This document shows positions 28,964-40,084 of a DNA stretch of 64,000 nt, piece by piece. Where the stretch lies: NCBI GenBank assembly GCA_963745235.1, contig CAVUXE010000053.1, positions 32,001 to 96,000 on the forward strand, given 5' to 3'. How positions within the stretch are numbered: the stretch's first letter is position 1; every line of letters starts with the position of its first letter. The notes under the pieces are model-generated. The model ran no database searches, was not told the DNA's origin, and saw only the letters and a list, made by a program, of their open reading frames with translations. The position numbers and the translations under genes are program-made. The stretch comes from an uncultured Spirochaetota bacterium (GTDB taxonomy: Bacteria; Spirochaetota; Spirochaetia; SZUA-6; Fen-1364).

Positions 28964-30341
28964 ATGCAGACTCTCCTGCGCAACTGCTTCTTCATCCAGC
29001 CTTCGGCAGACCGCGAAGGCGTTCGGGGGCAGGACATCCTGATCGAGGGCAACCTCATTTCCCGTGTCGGCCCGCGGATCGAGACCGCGCCCGGGGCGCG
29101 CGTGATCGACTGCTCACGCCACGTCGTGGTTCCGGGGTTCGTGAACACGCACCATCACTTCTTCCAGACCCTGACTCGCAACCTGCCCGCCGTGCAGAAC
29201 GCGAAGCTCTTCGACTGGCTCGTCTACCTCTACGAGATCTGGAAGAACATCGACGAGGAAGCGATCTATGTCTCCTCCCTTCTCGCAATGGGCGAGCTCC
29301 TGAAAACGGGCTGCACCTGCTCCACGGATCACCTGTACCTGTACCCGCGGGGCGCCGGAGACTTCGTTTCCCGGCAGTTCGAGGCCGCGGAGAAAGCTGG
29401 GCATGCGCTTCTCCCCGTCACGGGGGTCCATGTCCCTGAGCAGGAAAGACGGCGGCCTGCCGCCCGACAGCGTGGTGCAGGACGAGGAGACCATCCTCAC
29501 CGACAGCGAAAGAGTCATCAAGCGGTTCCACGACCCTGCCCCCCTGGCAATGCGGAAAATCGTCCTTGCCCCCTGCAGCCCCTTCTCCGTGAGCGAGCGC
29601 CTGATGCGCGAGTCCGCCCGGCTGGCGCGCCGCCACGGCGTGCGCCTGCACACGCACCTGGCGGAGACAGCGGACGAGGACAGTATTGCCTGGAGAAATA
29701 CGGCGTACGGCCCGTTGAGCTGATGGAACGCTGCGAGTTCATCGGCCCGGATGTGTTCTACGCGCACGGGATCTTCTTCACTGATGAAGAGCTGGGCGTT
29801 CTGCGTCGCGCCGGAGCGCAGGTGGCGCACTGCCCCAGCTCCAACATGCGTCTTGGCTCGGGGATCTGCCGGGTCCGCGACATGCTGGACAGGGGAATTC
29901 CGGTGTCACTCGCGGTGGACGGCTCCGCCTCCAACGACTCCTCCGACTTCCTGGGCGAGCTGCGTCAAGCCCTTCTTCTCCAGCGCGTTGCGAGGGGCAG
30001 CGGCGCCTTGACCGCGCGTGAAGTCCTCCGGATGGCAACGGAAACAGGCGCCGCTGTCCTCGGGTTCCAGGGAACGGGCAGGGTCGAGCCGGGCTTTGCC
30101 GCCGACCTTGCGATCTTCGACATCGACCGGCTGGAGTACTGCAGGGAGCCTGTCCGACCCGTTCGCCGCGCTGGTCTTTGCGGGCTACAACCACGGGACT
30201 GACTACACCATCTGCAACGGAAAGGTCGTAGTCGAAAAAGGGAAGCTGACCGGCGTGGACGAGCGCGAGCTGACCGTGCGCGCAAACAGGATTGCCGCAT
30301 CGCTTCTCGGCGCAGCCATGGTTGCCCAGCCGGCCCGCTGA
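28964..30341 (+). CDS. 8-oxoguanine deaminase/AtzB-like amidohydrolase; frameshifts near 29400, 29680 and 30140
   Basis: NTHHHFFQTLTR, DHLY, APCSPFSV, LHTHLAET, AHCPSSNMRLGSG and VDGSASND across successive frames. Confidence 0.85.
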
Positions 30342-30399
30342 TCGCTCTCCGCCGCAGGCAGCCCGCCTGCCGACGGCCCGCCCACTACCGGCGCTCCTT

Positions 30400-30597
30400 T
30401 CCCTCGATTCCCCGCTCATCCTCGCAAGGAGGTCGACAGCTCCCACCGCATAGCGGCTGATCCAGCGGTCATGCAGCGCCCTGATGGGAACCGGGTTGAG
30501 GTAGTTCCAACGTTGCCTGCCCTGGCGTTTGAAAATGACGAGGTCCGCCTTTTCCAGGACTCCCGGGTGCTGCATCACGGAGCAGCGGTCCAGGGCC
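30400..30597 (-). pseudogene. C-terminal half of an ArsR-family regulator
   Basis: ALDRCSVMQHPGVLEKADLVIFKRQGRQRWNYLNPVPIRALHDRWISRY; N-terminal half absent; 3' end approximate. Confidence 0.7.
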
Positions 30598-31068
30598 GTG
30601 CAGACGAAGATTCAGAAACCCGTGGCGGAAGTGCTCGACGCCGTGTACAGGCCGGAGAAGCTCCGCGGCTATTTCACGAGCGGAGGGTCGGATGGCCCTC
30701 TGGATGAGGGAAAGACAGTGCTCTGGACTTTCAATGACGCAGGGCCGGAAGCGATGACTGTCCCCGTGACCGTGAAAGAGACAATCAAGAACAGGCTCAT
30801 CCGGTTCTCCTGGGCGGCAAGCGAAGGGGTGTATGATCCCGTCACGGGATCAGTGCCTCACCCGGGCGGCTACGATACCGTGGTGGAGATGAGCTTCGAG
30901 CCCCTCGGTGAGAAAGAGACTCTCGTGAAGATCATGGAGGGTGAGTGGCGCTCCACGCAGGACGGCCTTCAGGGGTCGTACGGGAACTGCCAGGGCTGGA
31001 CGCACATGAGCGTCTGCCTCAAGGCGTACCTGGAGCATGGCATCAACCTGAGAAGGGGATCCTTCTGA
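30598..31068 (+). CDS. SRPBCC/AHSA1-like domain protein, apparently 5'-truncated
   Basis: VQTKIQKPVAEVLDAVY.PEKL.GYF..SYGNCQGWTHM..CLKAYLEHGINLR; no RBS, and it abuts the ArsR remnant. Confidence 0.8.
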   Translation: MQTKIQKPVAEVLDAVYRPEKLRGYFTSGGSDGPLDEGKTVLWTFNDAGPEAMTVPVTVKETIKNRLIRFSWAASEGVYDPVTGSVPHPGGYDTVVEMSFEPLGEKETLVKIMEGEWRSTQDGLQGSYGNCQGWTHMSVCLKAYLEHGINLRRGSF

Positions 31069-31072
31069 GCTC

Positions 31073-31576
31073 CTAGAACCCGCGCTCGTCGGCCGAAGGG
31101 CCGTAGATAGCCGGCACGGGGATATTGTTGAGGCGCATGTACACGCTGAGCTGACCCCGGTGGTGCACCAGGTGGTTGATATTCGACCCGATGTTGTCTT
31201 TCCTGGGAACGCTGACAAGAACCTGCCCTTTGAACTTCAGGTGGAAGAGCTCCGCAAGAGATTCGTCTGAGGCCTTCTGCAGGGCCTCCATCGCGCCCTT
31301 CATGTTCTCATCGAAGTGATTGACCAGCTCAGCGGTCGTCTTGAGATGAAAGTGCTCGAAGGTCGCGTAGTCGATCTCGGCGGTCTCCACGCCCACCTGG
31401 ATCCATTTCGGAATTTCGGCGACGAGCAGGGACAGGTATCCCATGGGCATCGACTTCTCGTGAGGCTTCCAGTCGAAGAGGCTCGCGGGAATCCTTTCGA
31501 GGCACTTCCGGCTGGCCGGCGCTTCGGCCTCCAGCTCCTTTACGAACATTGCACCAAGGGTATCCGAGTCTTTCAT
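31073..31576 (-). CDS. DinB/YfiT family protein
   Basis: DWKPHEKSMPMG and NHLVHHRGQLSVYMRL..VPAIYGPSADE. Confidence 0.9.
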   Translation of the reverse strand: MKDSDTLGAMFVKELEAEAPASRKCLERIPASLFDWKPHEKSMPMGYLSLLVAEIPKWIQVGVETAEIDYATFEHFHLKTTAELVNHFDENMKGAMEALQKASDESLAELFHLKFKGQVLVSVPRKDNIGSNINHLVHHRGQLSVYMRLNNIPVPAIYGPSADERGF

Positions 31577-31659
31577 GTGCGCTCAAAGATATCGATTTTC
31601 CGATTGATCGCCGAATCGCTGTTGGATCATTAGATTCACATCAGCAAATGGGGGTATGC

Positions 31660-32170
31660 ATGAGACGGGTCGTCTTCATCTTGTTCGTGGCGGGCTGCTC
31701 GACTCTCGCTTTCGCGCAGGCTCCCGGCGGCGGGATCCAGTTCAGCGGGGTCCTTTCCGCCAACCTCATTGATGACTTCAATTCCAACATTGCATACGCG
31801 GACAACAACAGCGGTTATACCTACTTTCAGCTCAACGGTTCGTACAAGGATGGTCCCTTCGGGCTGGAGTCGCAAGTGCAGTTCGGCCCCGCGCCCGCCA
31901 ACACGGGAGTCTCGAACCTGTATGTCCATTACGGATACGGCTATGCGAACCTCCTTGGCGGCAGCCTGTATCTTGCCGTCGGGAGGATCATCGACATTTC
32001 AACCTTCGGGCTGAACAGCTACTACCAGCAGGGGCCGAATGGCCCCGGCGTCTATGGGAGCAGCGTGGCAAGGACGGGGCTCAGCGGATTCGGAATCGAC
32101 GGGCTGCAGCTCAGGCTGGCGCCGGTTGAAAACCTGCTTTTCGGGATCGTGATGCCCTACAACATCAGCG
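31660..32170 (+). pseudogene. N-terminal part of an outer-membrane/exported beta-rich protein, 3'-truncated
   Basis: Signal peptide MRRVVFILFVAGCSTLAFAQ and amphipathic strands (YGYGYANLLGGSLYLAVGRI). After 32170 the ORF reads antisense to another gene start. Confidence 0.6.
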
Positions 32171-32273
32171 GGTTGAGGTGGACCGTTTCCCCGACCTTGT
32201 CCTGGGCGAGCGCCGGGGAAGATGCCGCGAGGATGATTGCAGCGAAGATGAGAAGCGAGCGCTTGGCCGCCAT
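32157..32273 (-). pseudogene. N-terminal stub of a secreted protein
   Basis: AAGGGG RBS, then MAAKRSLLIFAAIILAASSPALAQDKVGETVHLNPLML and a stop; clear signal peptide. Confidence 0.55.
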
Positions 32274-32336
32274 TCCGCACCCCCTTTTCGGTCGAGCTAG
32301 AAAATAGCGACCCGGGGCGGGCGGGGAAGCCTTTCC

Positions 32337-32615
32337 CTACTCCTTGCGGCCGGTCAGCCGGATGATGTGATACCCGAAGGAGGACGAGACGACGTCGCTC
32401 GTCGAGCCCGGGGACAGTCTCTTGCAGGCGTTCTCGAAGGCCGGTACCATTTTGCCCGGCCCGAACCATCCCAGGTCTCCGCCGCGCGACTTGGAGGGGC
32501 ACACCGAGTGCTCGCGGGCAATCGTCTCGAAGCTTGCCCCCTGCTTGACCCGCCTGAGAAGCTCGTCCGCCAGCTTCTTTTCCTTGACCAGTATGTGGCT
32601 TGCGCGCCATTCCAT
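32337..32615 (-). CDS. ppiC: Parvulin-type peptidyl-prolyl isomerase
   Basis: ASHILVK..F..IAREHSVCPS...GGDLGWF..GKMVPAFE..FGYHII. Confidence 0.9.
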   Translation of the reverse strand: MEWRASHILVKEKKLADELLRRVKQGASFETIAREHSVCPSKSRGGDLGWFGPGKMVPAFENACKRLSPGSTSDVVSSSFGYHIIRLTGRKE

Positions 32616-32688
32616 GGCGTCCACTATAGAACATTTGCGCCCGGAGTTCCACTTGTGCTCACGTCGCTGGGTGATTTACAATTATGTC

Positions 32689-33496
32689 ATGGTGACTGAG
32701 ATCCTGCGGCCGCAGAGCGTTCAGGAAGCCCTGAAGGCGAGATCCTTGCCTCACTGCGCGTACCTCGGCGGCGGCACGTGGCTGAATGCCTCACGGTCGG
32801 AGACACCGGTAACGCTCATCTCCCTGGAAAAACTGGGGCTCCAGGGGATTGCAGCGGATCAGGGGCGCTGCGTGATCGGCGCAAGCGCCACGTTGCAACA
32901 GGTGGTGGATCACGGCGGCGTGCCGGAAGCCGTCCGAAGCGCTTCAGCCCTGACTGCCTCCCGGACCCTTCGCAACATGATCACAATTGGCGGCGAGCTT
33001 GCGCTCCATCCCGCGGATTCTGCTCTTGTCCCCGTCCTCCTGGCCCTGGGGGCGCAGCTGTCCGTTGCGGGACGAAAGAAACCCGTCTCCCTGCATGCGT
33101 TCCTTTCTGACCGTTCGTTCGCCGGGACCAGCCTGGTTCTCTCCGTTTCGATCCCCGAGCCGCGTCGCAAAGCGGCCGTCCGCGCCGTCTCGCGGACATC
33201 CCACAGCAGCAGGAGCCTCGTGGTTGCCGCGAGCGCGGAAGCGCTTCTGCCCGTTGTCGTGGATTTGCGGCTCATTGCTCTCCGATTGCCGGGGGTCCAT
33301 CGTGCGCCTGACGAAGCTGGAAGCGGCCCTTGCGGGCCGGCCGCTTCCGCCCCGCTCGGACGTAGAAGCGGCTGCGGAGGCGGAGCTTCCTCAGCAGGCG
33401 GATATCCATGCCTCCTCCCAGTACAAGGCGTACATGACGCGTGTTCTTGCGGCGGATGTGCTGCGCGAGATGGCAGGCGGGAAAGGCGTTGTATGA
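32689..33496 (+). CDS. Molybdopterin dehydrogenase FAD-binding subunit (YgfM-like); frameshift near 33285
   Basis: RPQSVQEAL, YLGGGTWLN, RNMITIGG and DIHASSQYKAY; ATGA overlap with the next gene. Confidence 0.8.
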
Positions 33497-36309
33497 AGCT
33501 CACCTTTACGCTCAACGGTTCATGCCGCGTGGTTTCAGCGGAGCCGGGTGAGAGCCTCCAGGTCCTCCTGCAGCGCACCGGCATTCCCTCGGTGCGCTCC
33601 AGCGATGACGGAGAAGGCTTTTCGGGCAGCGACACGATACTCTTCGACGGCAAGGCGGTCCTTGCGGGTCTCATGGTCGCCGGTCAGGCAGAAGGCCATT
33701 CCATCGAAACAGTGGAGAGCTTGAGCAAGGACTCACGACTTTCCGTTCTCCAGCAGTCGATGATCGACGCGGGGGTGGTTCAATCCGCCTACAACGCTCC
33801 TGCCGCCGCCTTGCTCCTGGAGGACCTTCTCCGGCGCAACCAGGCTCCGACTGAGGAAGATATTCGCGACGCTCTCTCCGGGCTGTTCAGCCGTGCAACC
33901 GGCTACAAGCAGTTCTTCCTGGCGGTGGAGCTGGCCCGAAAACGCCGGCAGGACCAGGGCTGGAACCAGCCGGTTGCCCCCGCGTTCCGCGACGACCTGC
34001 GCGTCATCGGCAAATCGCACAGGAAGATCGACGGGGTGAAGCTTGCGGCGGGCATGAAGGCCTACGTCGAGGATCGGGTGGAGACGGGCAGCTGCGTCCT
34101 CGTCATGCTTCGAAGCCCGCACGCGCACGCGTTCATCAGGCACATCGACACCGCGGAGGCGCAGCGGCTTCCCGGGGTGGCGCTGGTGATCGACTACCGC
34201 AATTGTCCCGACGTTGCGTACGGCCAGGCAGGCCAGGGTTTTCCGGAGCCTTCGCCCTACGACTACCGCATGTTCAGCCGCACCGTGCGGCACATGGGGG
34301 ACAGGGTTGCAGCCGTGGTGGCGGATGATGCAGAGACTGCCCGTCGGGCCCTTGAGCTGATCCGCGTAGAGTACGACGTCATCCCCCCCGTGCTCTCCCT
34401 TGAAGATGCCATGGGCGGCACGCTTACGCCCGTCCACGCGGACCATCTCCAGGAGATCGTGTACCAGTTCTCCATCGGCGCGGAGGCGGCAAGGAATCTC
34501 GCGGCAAGCGCATCCGGAGGCACAGGGGATGTGGAGGCGGGTTTTCAGCAGGCGGATGCGGTCATCGAGCGCAGCTACTCGACCAGCCGGGTCCAGTGCA
34601 CGCCCCTGGAGCCGCACGTCGTCTACACGAAAATGGATGGTGATCGCCTGATCGTCCACGCCTCCACGCAGGTGCCGTGGCACCTGCGTCGGATCGTTGC
34701 GCGCGTGCTCGCGATGCCGGAGAACAGGATCAGAGTCATCAAGGAGCGCGTGGGCGGAGGCTACGGGAGCAAGCAGGACATCCTCCTGGAAGAGGTGTGC
34801 GCCTTGGCCACCGTGCGCACCGGAAGGCCTGTCCTGTACAAGTACACGCGGGAGGAAGAGTTCATTGCGGCCACGACGCGGCATCCTTTCCGGATCACGG
34901 TGAAGATGGGCGCGAAGAAGGACGGCACCCTCACGGCGATCCGGATGTCCGCGGACGCGGACACGGGAGCCTACGGAGAGCACTGCCTGACCGTCCCCAT
35001 GAACGCATGCTCCAAGTCTCTGCCCCTCTTCCGCTGCCCCAACATGGCCTTCGAGGTGCGAAGCTGGTACACGAACCACGTGCCCTCCGGCGCCTACCAG
35101 GGCTACGGCGCGCCGCAGGGCTCCTTCGCCCTGCAGATGGCGGCCGCGGAGCTGGCTGATGCGCTCGGGATGGACCTTGTGAGCTTCCTCGACAGGAACC
35201 ACGTCCGGGAGGGAGACGTCCTGGAGATCCTGAAGAGCCTCGGTGAGGGCAGGGAGGGCGCGGCGGCGCACGTGCGCAGCTGCGGCCTGGAACGCGCGCT
35301 CGCCGAGGGCGCCGGAGCATCGGGTGGGGTTGCCCGACGGAAGACGCCGGCGCGGATCCCGACGTGCGCATCGGCAAGGGCGTGGCCATCATCCAGCAGG
35401 GCTCGGGACTGCCCGGGGCTTGACCAGGCGTGCGCCGATGTGAGGCTCCTTTCGGACGGAACGTTCATGGTGCATTCCGGGGGCGCTGACATAGGCATGG
35501 GCCTGGATACGGTGCTTGCCAAGGTGGTTGCAGAGACCCTGTGCTGCGGCATGGACACGGTGTCCGTCATCTCCGGAGACACGGACACGACTCCGTTCGA
35601 CAAGGGGGCATATGCCTCCAGCGGCACCTATTTCAGCGGCAACGCTTCTCTGAAGGCGGCGCAGGCTTTGCGGGACAGGATCCTCCAGGTTGCCGCGACA
35701 ATGCTCAAGGAGCCTGTCAGCGGGCTTGCCCTCTCATTCCCCGGCATCGTCGAGGGAAAGAACGGGGCCGTTGACTTTGCCCGGATAGCCCACCACTGCC
35801 AGGGCGGCGAGGGGCCGGGCGAGCTCGTCGGGCACGCATCATTCACCACGGATGATGCCGCGTTCCCGTACGCCGCGCATTTCTGCGAGGTGGCGGTCAA
35901 CGTCCGCACGGGAGCGGTGGAAGTGCGCCGCTACCATGCCATCACGGATTGCGGCACGCCCATCAATCCCGAGCTGGCCCAGGGACAGGTATACGGGGCG
36001 ATTCTCAAGTCCATCGGGCACGCGCTGTACGAGGACATGGTCTTCGACGAGCAGGGACGGTGCCTCACAACCACGCTTGCCGATTACGGTGCGCCCATGA
36101 TCCAGGAGCTGCCGCGGGAGCTTGACGTGAGGTTCGTGGAAACGGATGATCCCTTCGGGCCGTTCGGGGGCAAGAGCGTCTCCGAGATCAGCATGAACGG
36201 GGCCGCGCCCGCCCTCGCCACCGCCATCCACGCCGCAACGGGCGTCTGGATGCGGGACTGGCCAATGACGCCGGAGAAGATACTGAGAGCACTGGGGAGG
36301 ATCAGGTGA
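33493..36309 (+). CDS. xdhD: XdhD-type molybdopterin oxidoreductase; compensating frameshifts near 35310 and 35410
   Basis: Cys-less Fe-S-like N-domain (SVRSSDDGEGFSGSD, VVQSAYN, LFSRATG), STQVP, VGGGYGSKQ, AYQGYGAPQ, AYASSGT and GGKSVSE. Confidence 0.82.
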   Translation: MKLTFTLNGSCRVVSAEPGESLQVLLQRTGIPSVRSSDDGEGFSGSDTILFDGKAVLAGLMVAGQAEGHSIETVESLSKDSRLSVLQQSMIDAGVVQSAYNAPAAALLLEDLLRRNQAPTEEDIRDALSGLFSRATGYKQFFLAVELARKRRQDQGWNQPVAPAFRDDLRVIGKSHRKIDGVKLAAGMKAYVEDRVETGSCVLVMLRSPHAHAFIRHIDTAEAQRLPGVALVIDYRNCPDVAYGQAGQGFPEPSPYDYRMFSRTVRHMGDRVAAVVADDAETARRALELIRVEYDVIPPVLSLEDAMGGTLTPVHADHLQEIVYQFSIGAEAARNLAASASGGTGDVEAGFQQADAVIERSYSTSRVQCTPLEPHVVYTKMDGDRLIVHASTQVPWHLRRIVARVLAMPENRIRVIKERVGGGYGSKQDILLEEVCALATVRTGRPVLYKYTREEEFIAATTRHPFRITVKMGAKKDGTLTAIRMSADADTGAYGEHCLTVPMNACSKSLPLFRCPNMAFEVRSWYTNHVPSGAYQGYGAPQGSFALQMAAAELADALGMDLVSFLDRNHVREGDVLEILKSLGEGREGAAAHVRSCGLERALAEGAGASGGVARRKTPARIPTCASARAWPSSSRARDCPGLDQACADVRLLSDGTFMVHSGGADIGMGLDTVLAKVVAETLCCGMDTVSVISGDTDTTPFDKGAYASSGTYFSGNASLKAAQALRDRILQVAATMLKEPVSGLALSFPGIVEGKNGAVDFARIAHHCQGGEGPGELVGHASFTTDDAAFPYAAHFCEVAVNVRTGAVEVRRYHAITDCGTPINPELAQGQVYGAILKSIGHALYEDMVFDEQGRCLTTTLADYGAPMIQELPRELDVRFVETDDPFGPFGGKSVSEISMNGAAPALATAIHAATGVWMRDWPMTPEKILRALGRIR

Positions 36310-37506
36310 TCACCATAACGCCGCATGACATCCAGAGACGGATCGACGCGCTGGGCAGGAAGACTGCTGCCGGGCTGCACGGGAAGGACTTCTTTCTCAC
36401 CTGGGACAAGACCCGGGAGGAGCTGGAGGCCATCCTGGAGATCGCGTCCATCCTCAAGGAGCTCCGCTCCAACAACATCTCCCCAAGGATCTGGGATTCC
36501 GGGCTGGCGGTCTCCCAGTTCCGTGACAACTCCACCCGCACCCGCTTCAGCTTCGCTTCCGCAAGCAACCTCCTGGGGCTCACGGTTTCCGACCTGGACG
36601 AAGGCAAGTCGCAGATAGCGCACGGGGAGACGGTGCGCGAGACGGCCACCATGATCTCCTTCATGGCGGAGGTCATTGGCATCCGTGACGACATGTACAT
36701 CGGGAAGGGCCACACGTACATGTTGAACGTTGCCGAGGCGGTGGAACAGAGCTACCGTGACGGCGTCCTGGAGCAGCGTCCCACGGTGGTCAACCTCCAG
36801 TGCGACATCGATCACCCCACGCAGACAATGGCGGACTTCCTCCATCTCGTGACAGAGCTGGGCGGCATCGAAAAGCTCAAGGGAAAGAAGGTGGCAATGA
36901 GCTGGGCCTACTCTCCCTCCTATGGAAAGCCGCTCTCCGTGCCCCAGGGCGTCATAGGCCTTTTCACCCGGTTCGGCATGGACGTTTCCCTCGCCTACCC
37001 GGAGGGCTATTCCCTCATGCCGGACGTGGTCGCCCAGGCGAGGAAGTCCGCAGCCTCCTCGGGAGGGAGCTTCCACATCAGCTCGTCCATGGAAGAGGCG
37101 TTCGAGGGGGCCGACATCGTATACCCGAAGAGCTGGGCGCCGTTTGCGGTGATGGAGGAGCGGACGAAGATCGTGGAGACGCGGGACACCAAGGCGCTTG
37201 CAGAGCTGGAGAAGCGGTGTCTTGCCAACAACGCCAGGTTCAAGAGTTGGGAGTGCACGGAGCAGCTCATGGCGCGGACCAACAGCGCCCTCTACCTCCA
37301 TTGCTCTCCCCGCCGACATCACGGGGGTGAGCTGTCCGGAAGGGGAGGTTTCCGCCTCGGTCTTCGAGCGCTTCCGGACCCCGCTGTACCGCCAGGCCGG
37401 CTACAAGCCGTACGTCATCGCAGCAATGATGCTGGGGTCACGCATTGCTGATCCCGCTGAGCGCCTCTCTTCGATTCTCGACCGGGCGGAGAGCCGGGTG
37501 CGCTGA
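36306..37506 (+). CDS. ygeW: Knotted carbamoyltransferase YgeW; frameshift near 37305
   Basis: FRDNSTRTRFS, NLQCDIDHPTQ, WAYSPSYGKPLSVPQG, YPKSW and YLHC/LPADITGVSC. Confidence 0.92.
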
Positions 37507-37519
37507 GACTCCGGGGAAG

Positions 37520-40022
37520 ATGCGTCACCCACGTCCCCGCGGGGCCGCTTTCGCGCTTCTGGCCCTCGGGGTGCTCCTCTCGTCACCGCGGACCCTGCCG
37601 GCGCAGGAGCCAGGCCGCTCCCCCTCCCAAACCCCCGTTTCGCGAATCACGGTCGTCCTGGATGACGCCTACCCGCCGTACGTGTTCCGCGACGAGGGCG
37701 GAAACCTGCGCGGGGTCCTGGTGGACGACTGGCGATTGTGGGAGGAGAAAACAGGGGTCGCCGTCACCCTTGTGGGAACCGACTGGGACAAGGCGCTGTG
37801 GTTCATGGACCACGGGGACGCGGACGTCATTGACGGCATCTTCCTGACGCCGCGAAGGGCTGCGCTGTACGACTTCTCCCCGCCCTACGCGCGGATCGAG
37901 GTGCCGGTGTTTTTTCCCCGGGAGATCGGAGGCATCACGAATGATCCCCGCTCTCTTCTGGGCTTCACTGTCGGGGTGAAAAGCGGAGACGCGGCAGTGG
38001 CCTTCCTGCGGCAGGCGGGAGTCACATCCCTGGACGAGTTCCCCACCTACCGGGGCCTCGTCAAGGCTGCCGCGGAGAAGCGCATCAAGGTCTTCTGCGC
38101 TGACCTTCCTCCGGCTCTGTACTACCTCTACAAGATGGATCTGGAGGGTGACTTCCGCAGAAGCGCTCCCCTTTACATCGGGGAGTTGCACCGGGCTGTT
38201 CACAAGGGCAACCACGCCCTGCTTTCCCTTGTGGAGGAAGGCTTCTCCCGGATCACGCCCTCGGAGAATCGCGAGATCGAGAGACGGTGGCTGGGGACGC
38301 CCATTCAGCGCATGATCTATTACCAGTATGGCGCCTACGCGCTGGCCGCCGCGCTTGGCGCAGGGGCCCTCCTGCTCGGGCTCGTCCTGCTTGCCGTGGC
38401 CTTGCGCCGGCGGATCAGGGCGCGCACCGTTGAGCTGCGGGCCACCATGGAGGAGCTTCGACGGAGCGAAGCGCAGTTCCGCCTGCTCGCGGAGAATGCT
38501 GATGACGTCATTTGGACCATGGATCTGCAGGGGCGTTTCACGTACATCAGCCCCTCGGTCCAGAAGCTGCGAGGCTACACTCCCCAGGAAGTGATGGACC
38601 AATCCCTGGAGAAAGCTCTCACTCCCGACTCACTCCTGCTCGTGCAGGGCCTCATCGATGAGCTTTCCCGACGGATCGGGGAAGGGCAGCGTGACTTCGA
38701 CCTCCCGCCGCAGGAGGTGGAACAGCCCTGCAAAGACGGCAGCACGGTGTGGACGGAAGTGATCGTCACCCCGCTCTTCGACGAAGGGGGGAGCTTCCTC
38801 CGCCTCCTGGGCATTACGCGCGATATCAGCGAACGGCGCCGGAGGGAAGACGCCCAACGCGCTCTGGAGGCCCAGATGCTGCAGGCGCAGAAGCTGGAGA
38901 GCCTCGGCGTCCTGGCCGGCGGGATTGCGCATGACTTCAACAACATCCTGACCTCCATCCTGGGAAACGCGGAGCTCGCCCAAGGTGACCTGCCTGCCGC
39001 CTCCCCCGCCCGCGAAAGGATCAGAAGCATCGACGAAGCGTCACGGAGGGCCGCTGACCTGTGCCGCCAGATGCTCGCATACTCCGGGAGAGCGCGGGTC
39101 GTCGTGGAATCAGTCGACATCTCCGCGCTGGTGCGCGGGATGACGCACATGGTGCAGGTCTCCGTGTCCAAAAAAGCGACCCTGCGCTCGGCACTTCCGG
39201 ACGGCCTCCCCCTGGTGACGGCGGATGCGACGCAGATCCGCCAGATCGTAATGAACCTGATCATCAACGCCTCGGAGGCCCTTGGCGCGGAGGTGGGAGA
39301 CGTCTCCGTGGCCACGGGGGTCAGGGACTGCACGGCGGAGTACCTTGCCGGATGTTTCCCGGGAGGCCCGCTGCCCGGAGGGGCCCTACGTGTACATCCA
39401 GGTGGATGACACCGGGATCGGGATGGATGAGGCCACGATCCCGAAAATTTTCGACCCCTTTTTCTCGACCAAGTTCACCGGCCGCGGGCTCGGACTGGCT
39501 GCCGTGCTGGGGATCGTCCGGGCCCACAAGGGGGCAATCCGGGTGACAAGCGTTCCCGGCAAGGGGACGACTTTCCGCGCGTACCTTCCCGTGGCTTCGA
39601 AAGGCCCTCACGATCAAGCACTGCGCCCCAGGCGCTCCCCGGAATGGAAAGGCAGCGGCACTGTCCTTCTGGTCGACGACGAGGAGACGGTCCTTGCCGT
39701 CGGGAAGGTGATGCTGGAAAGGATCGGCTTCACCGTGATAACGGCCACCGACGGGATCCAGGCGCTCACGATGTTTCGCGACCACAGGGCTGAGGTGGCC
39801 TGCGTCATCCTGGACCTGACGATGCCTCGCATGGACGGGGCGGAGACCTTCCGGGAGCTGCGCGCCATTGATTCCCGTGTTCGTGTCGCGGTCTCCACGG
39901 GCTATGGCGAGCAGGAAGTGGCCGCCCGTTTCGCGGGAGACGGCCCCGCGGTCATCATCCAGAAGCCGTATCGAAAGGCTGAGCTGGCGCGGGCCCTGGA
40001 GACTCTCCTGGGACGCAGCTGA
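37520..40022 (+). CDS. Hybrid sensor kinase (periplasmic SBP3 domain, PAS, HisKA, HATPase, REC); frameshift near 39365
   Basis: DDAYPPY, TM segment, [37 protein letters not shown] and ILDLTMP. Confidence 0.9.
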
Positions 40023-40084
40023 GCGTCGCGGCGCCGGAAAGATGACCCATGGCAACCGCACCCATCGGCCGGCTATAATGGCTT

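Noticed and set aside
32422-36309. 1295-aa FAD+FeS+Mo fusion in the ORF track
   Set aside because: Artefact of the frameshift near 33285; the FAD subunit ends at 33496 with an ATGA overlap on the xdhD start.
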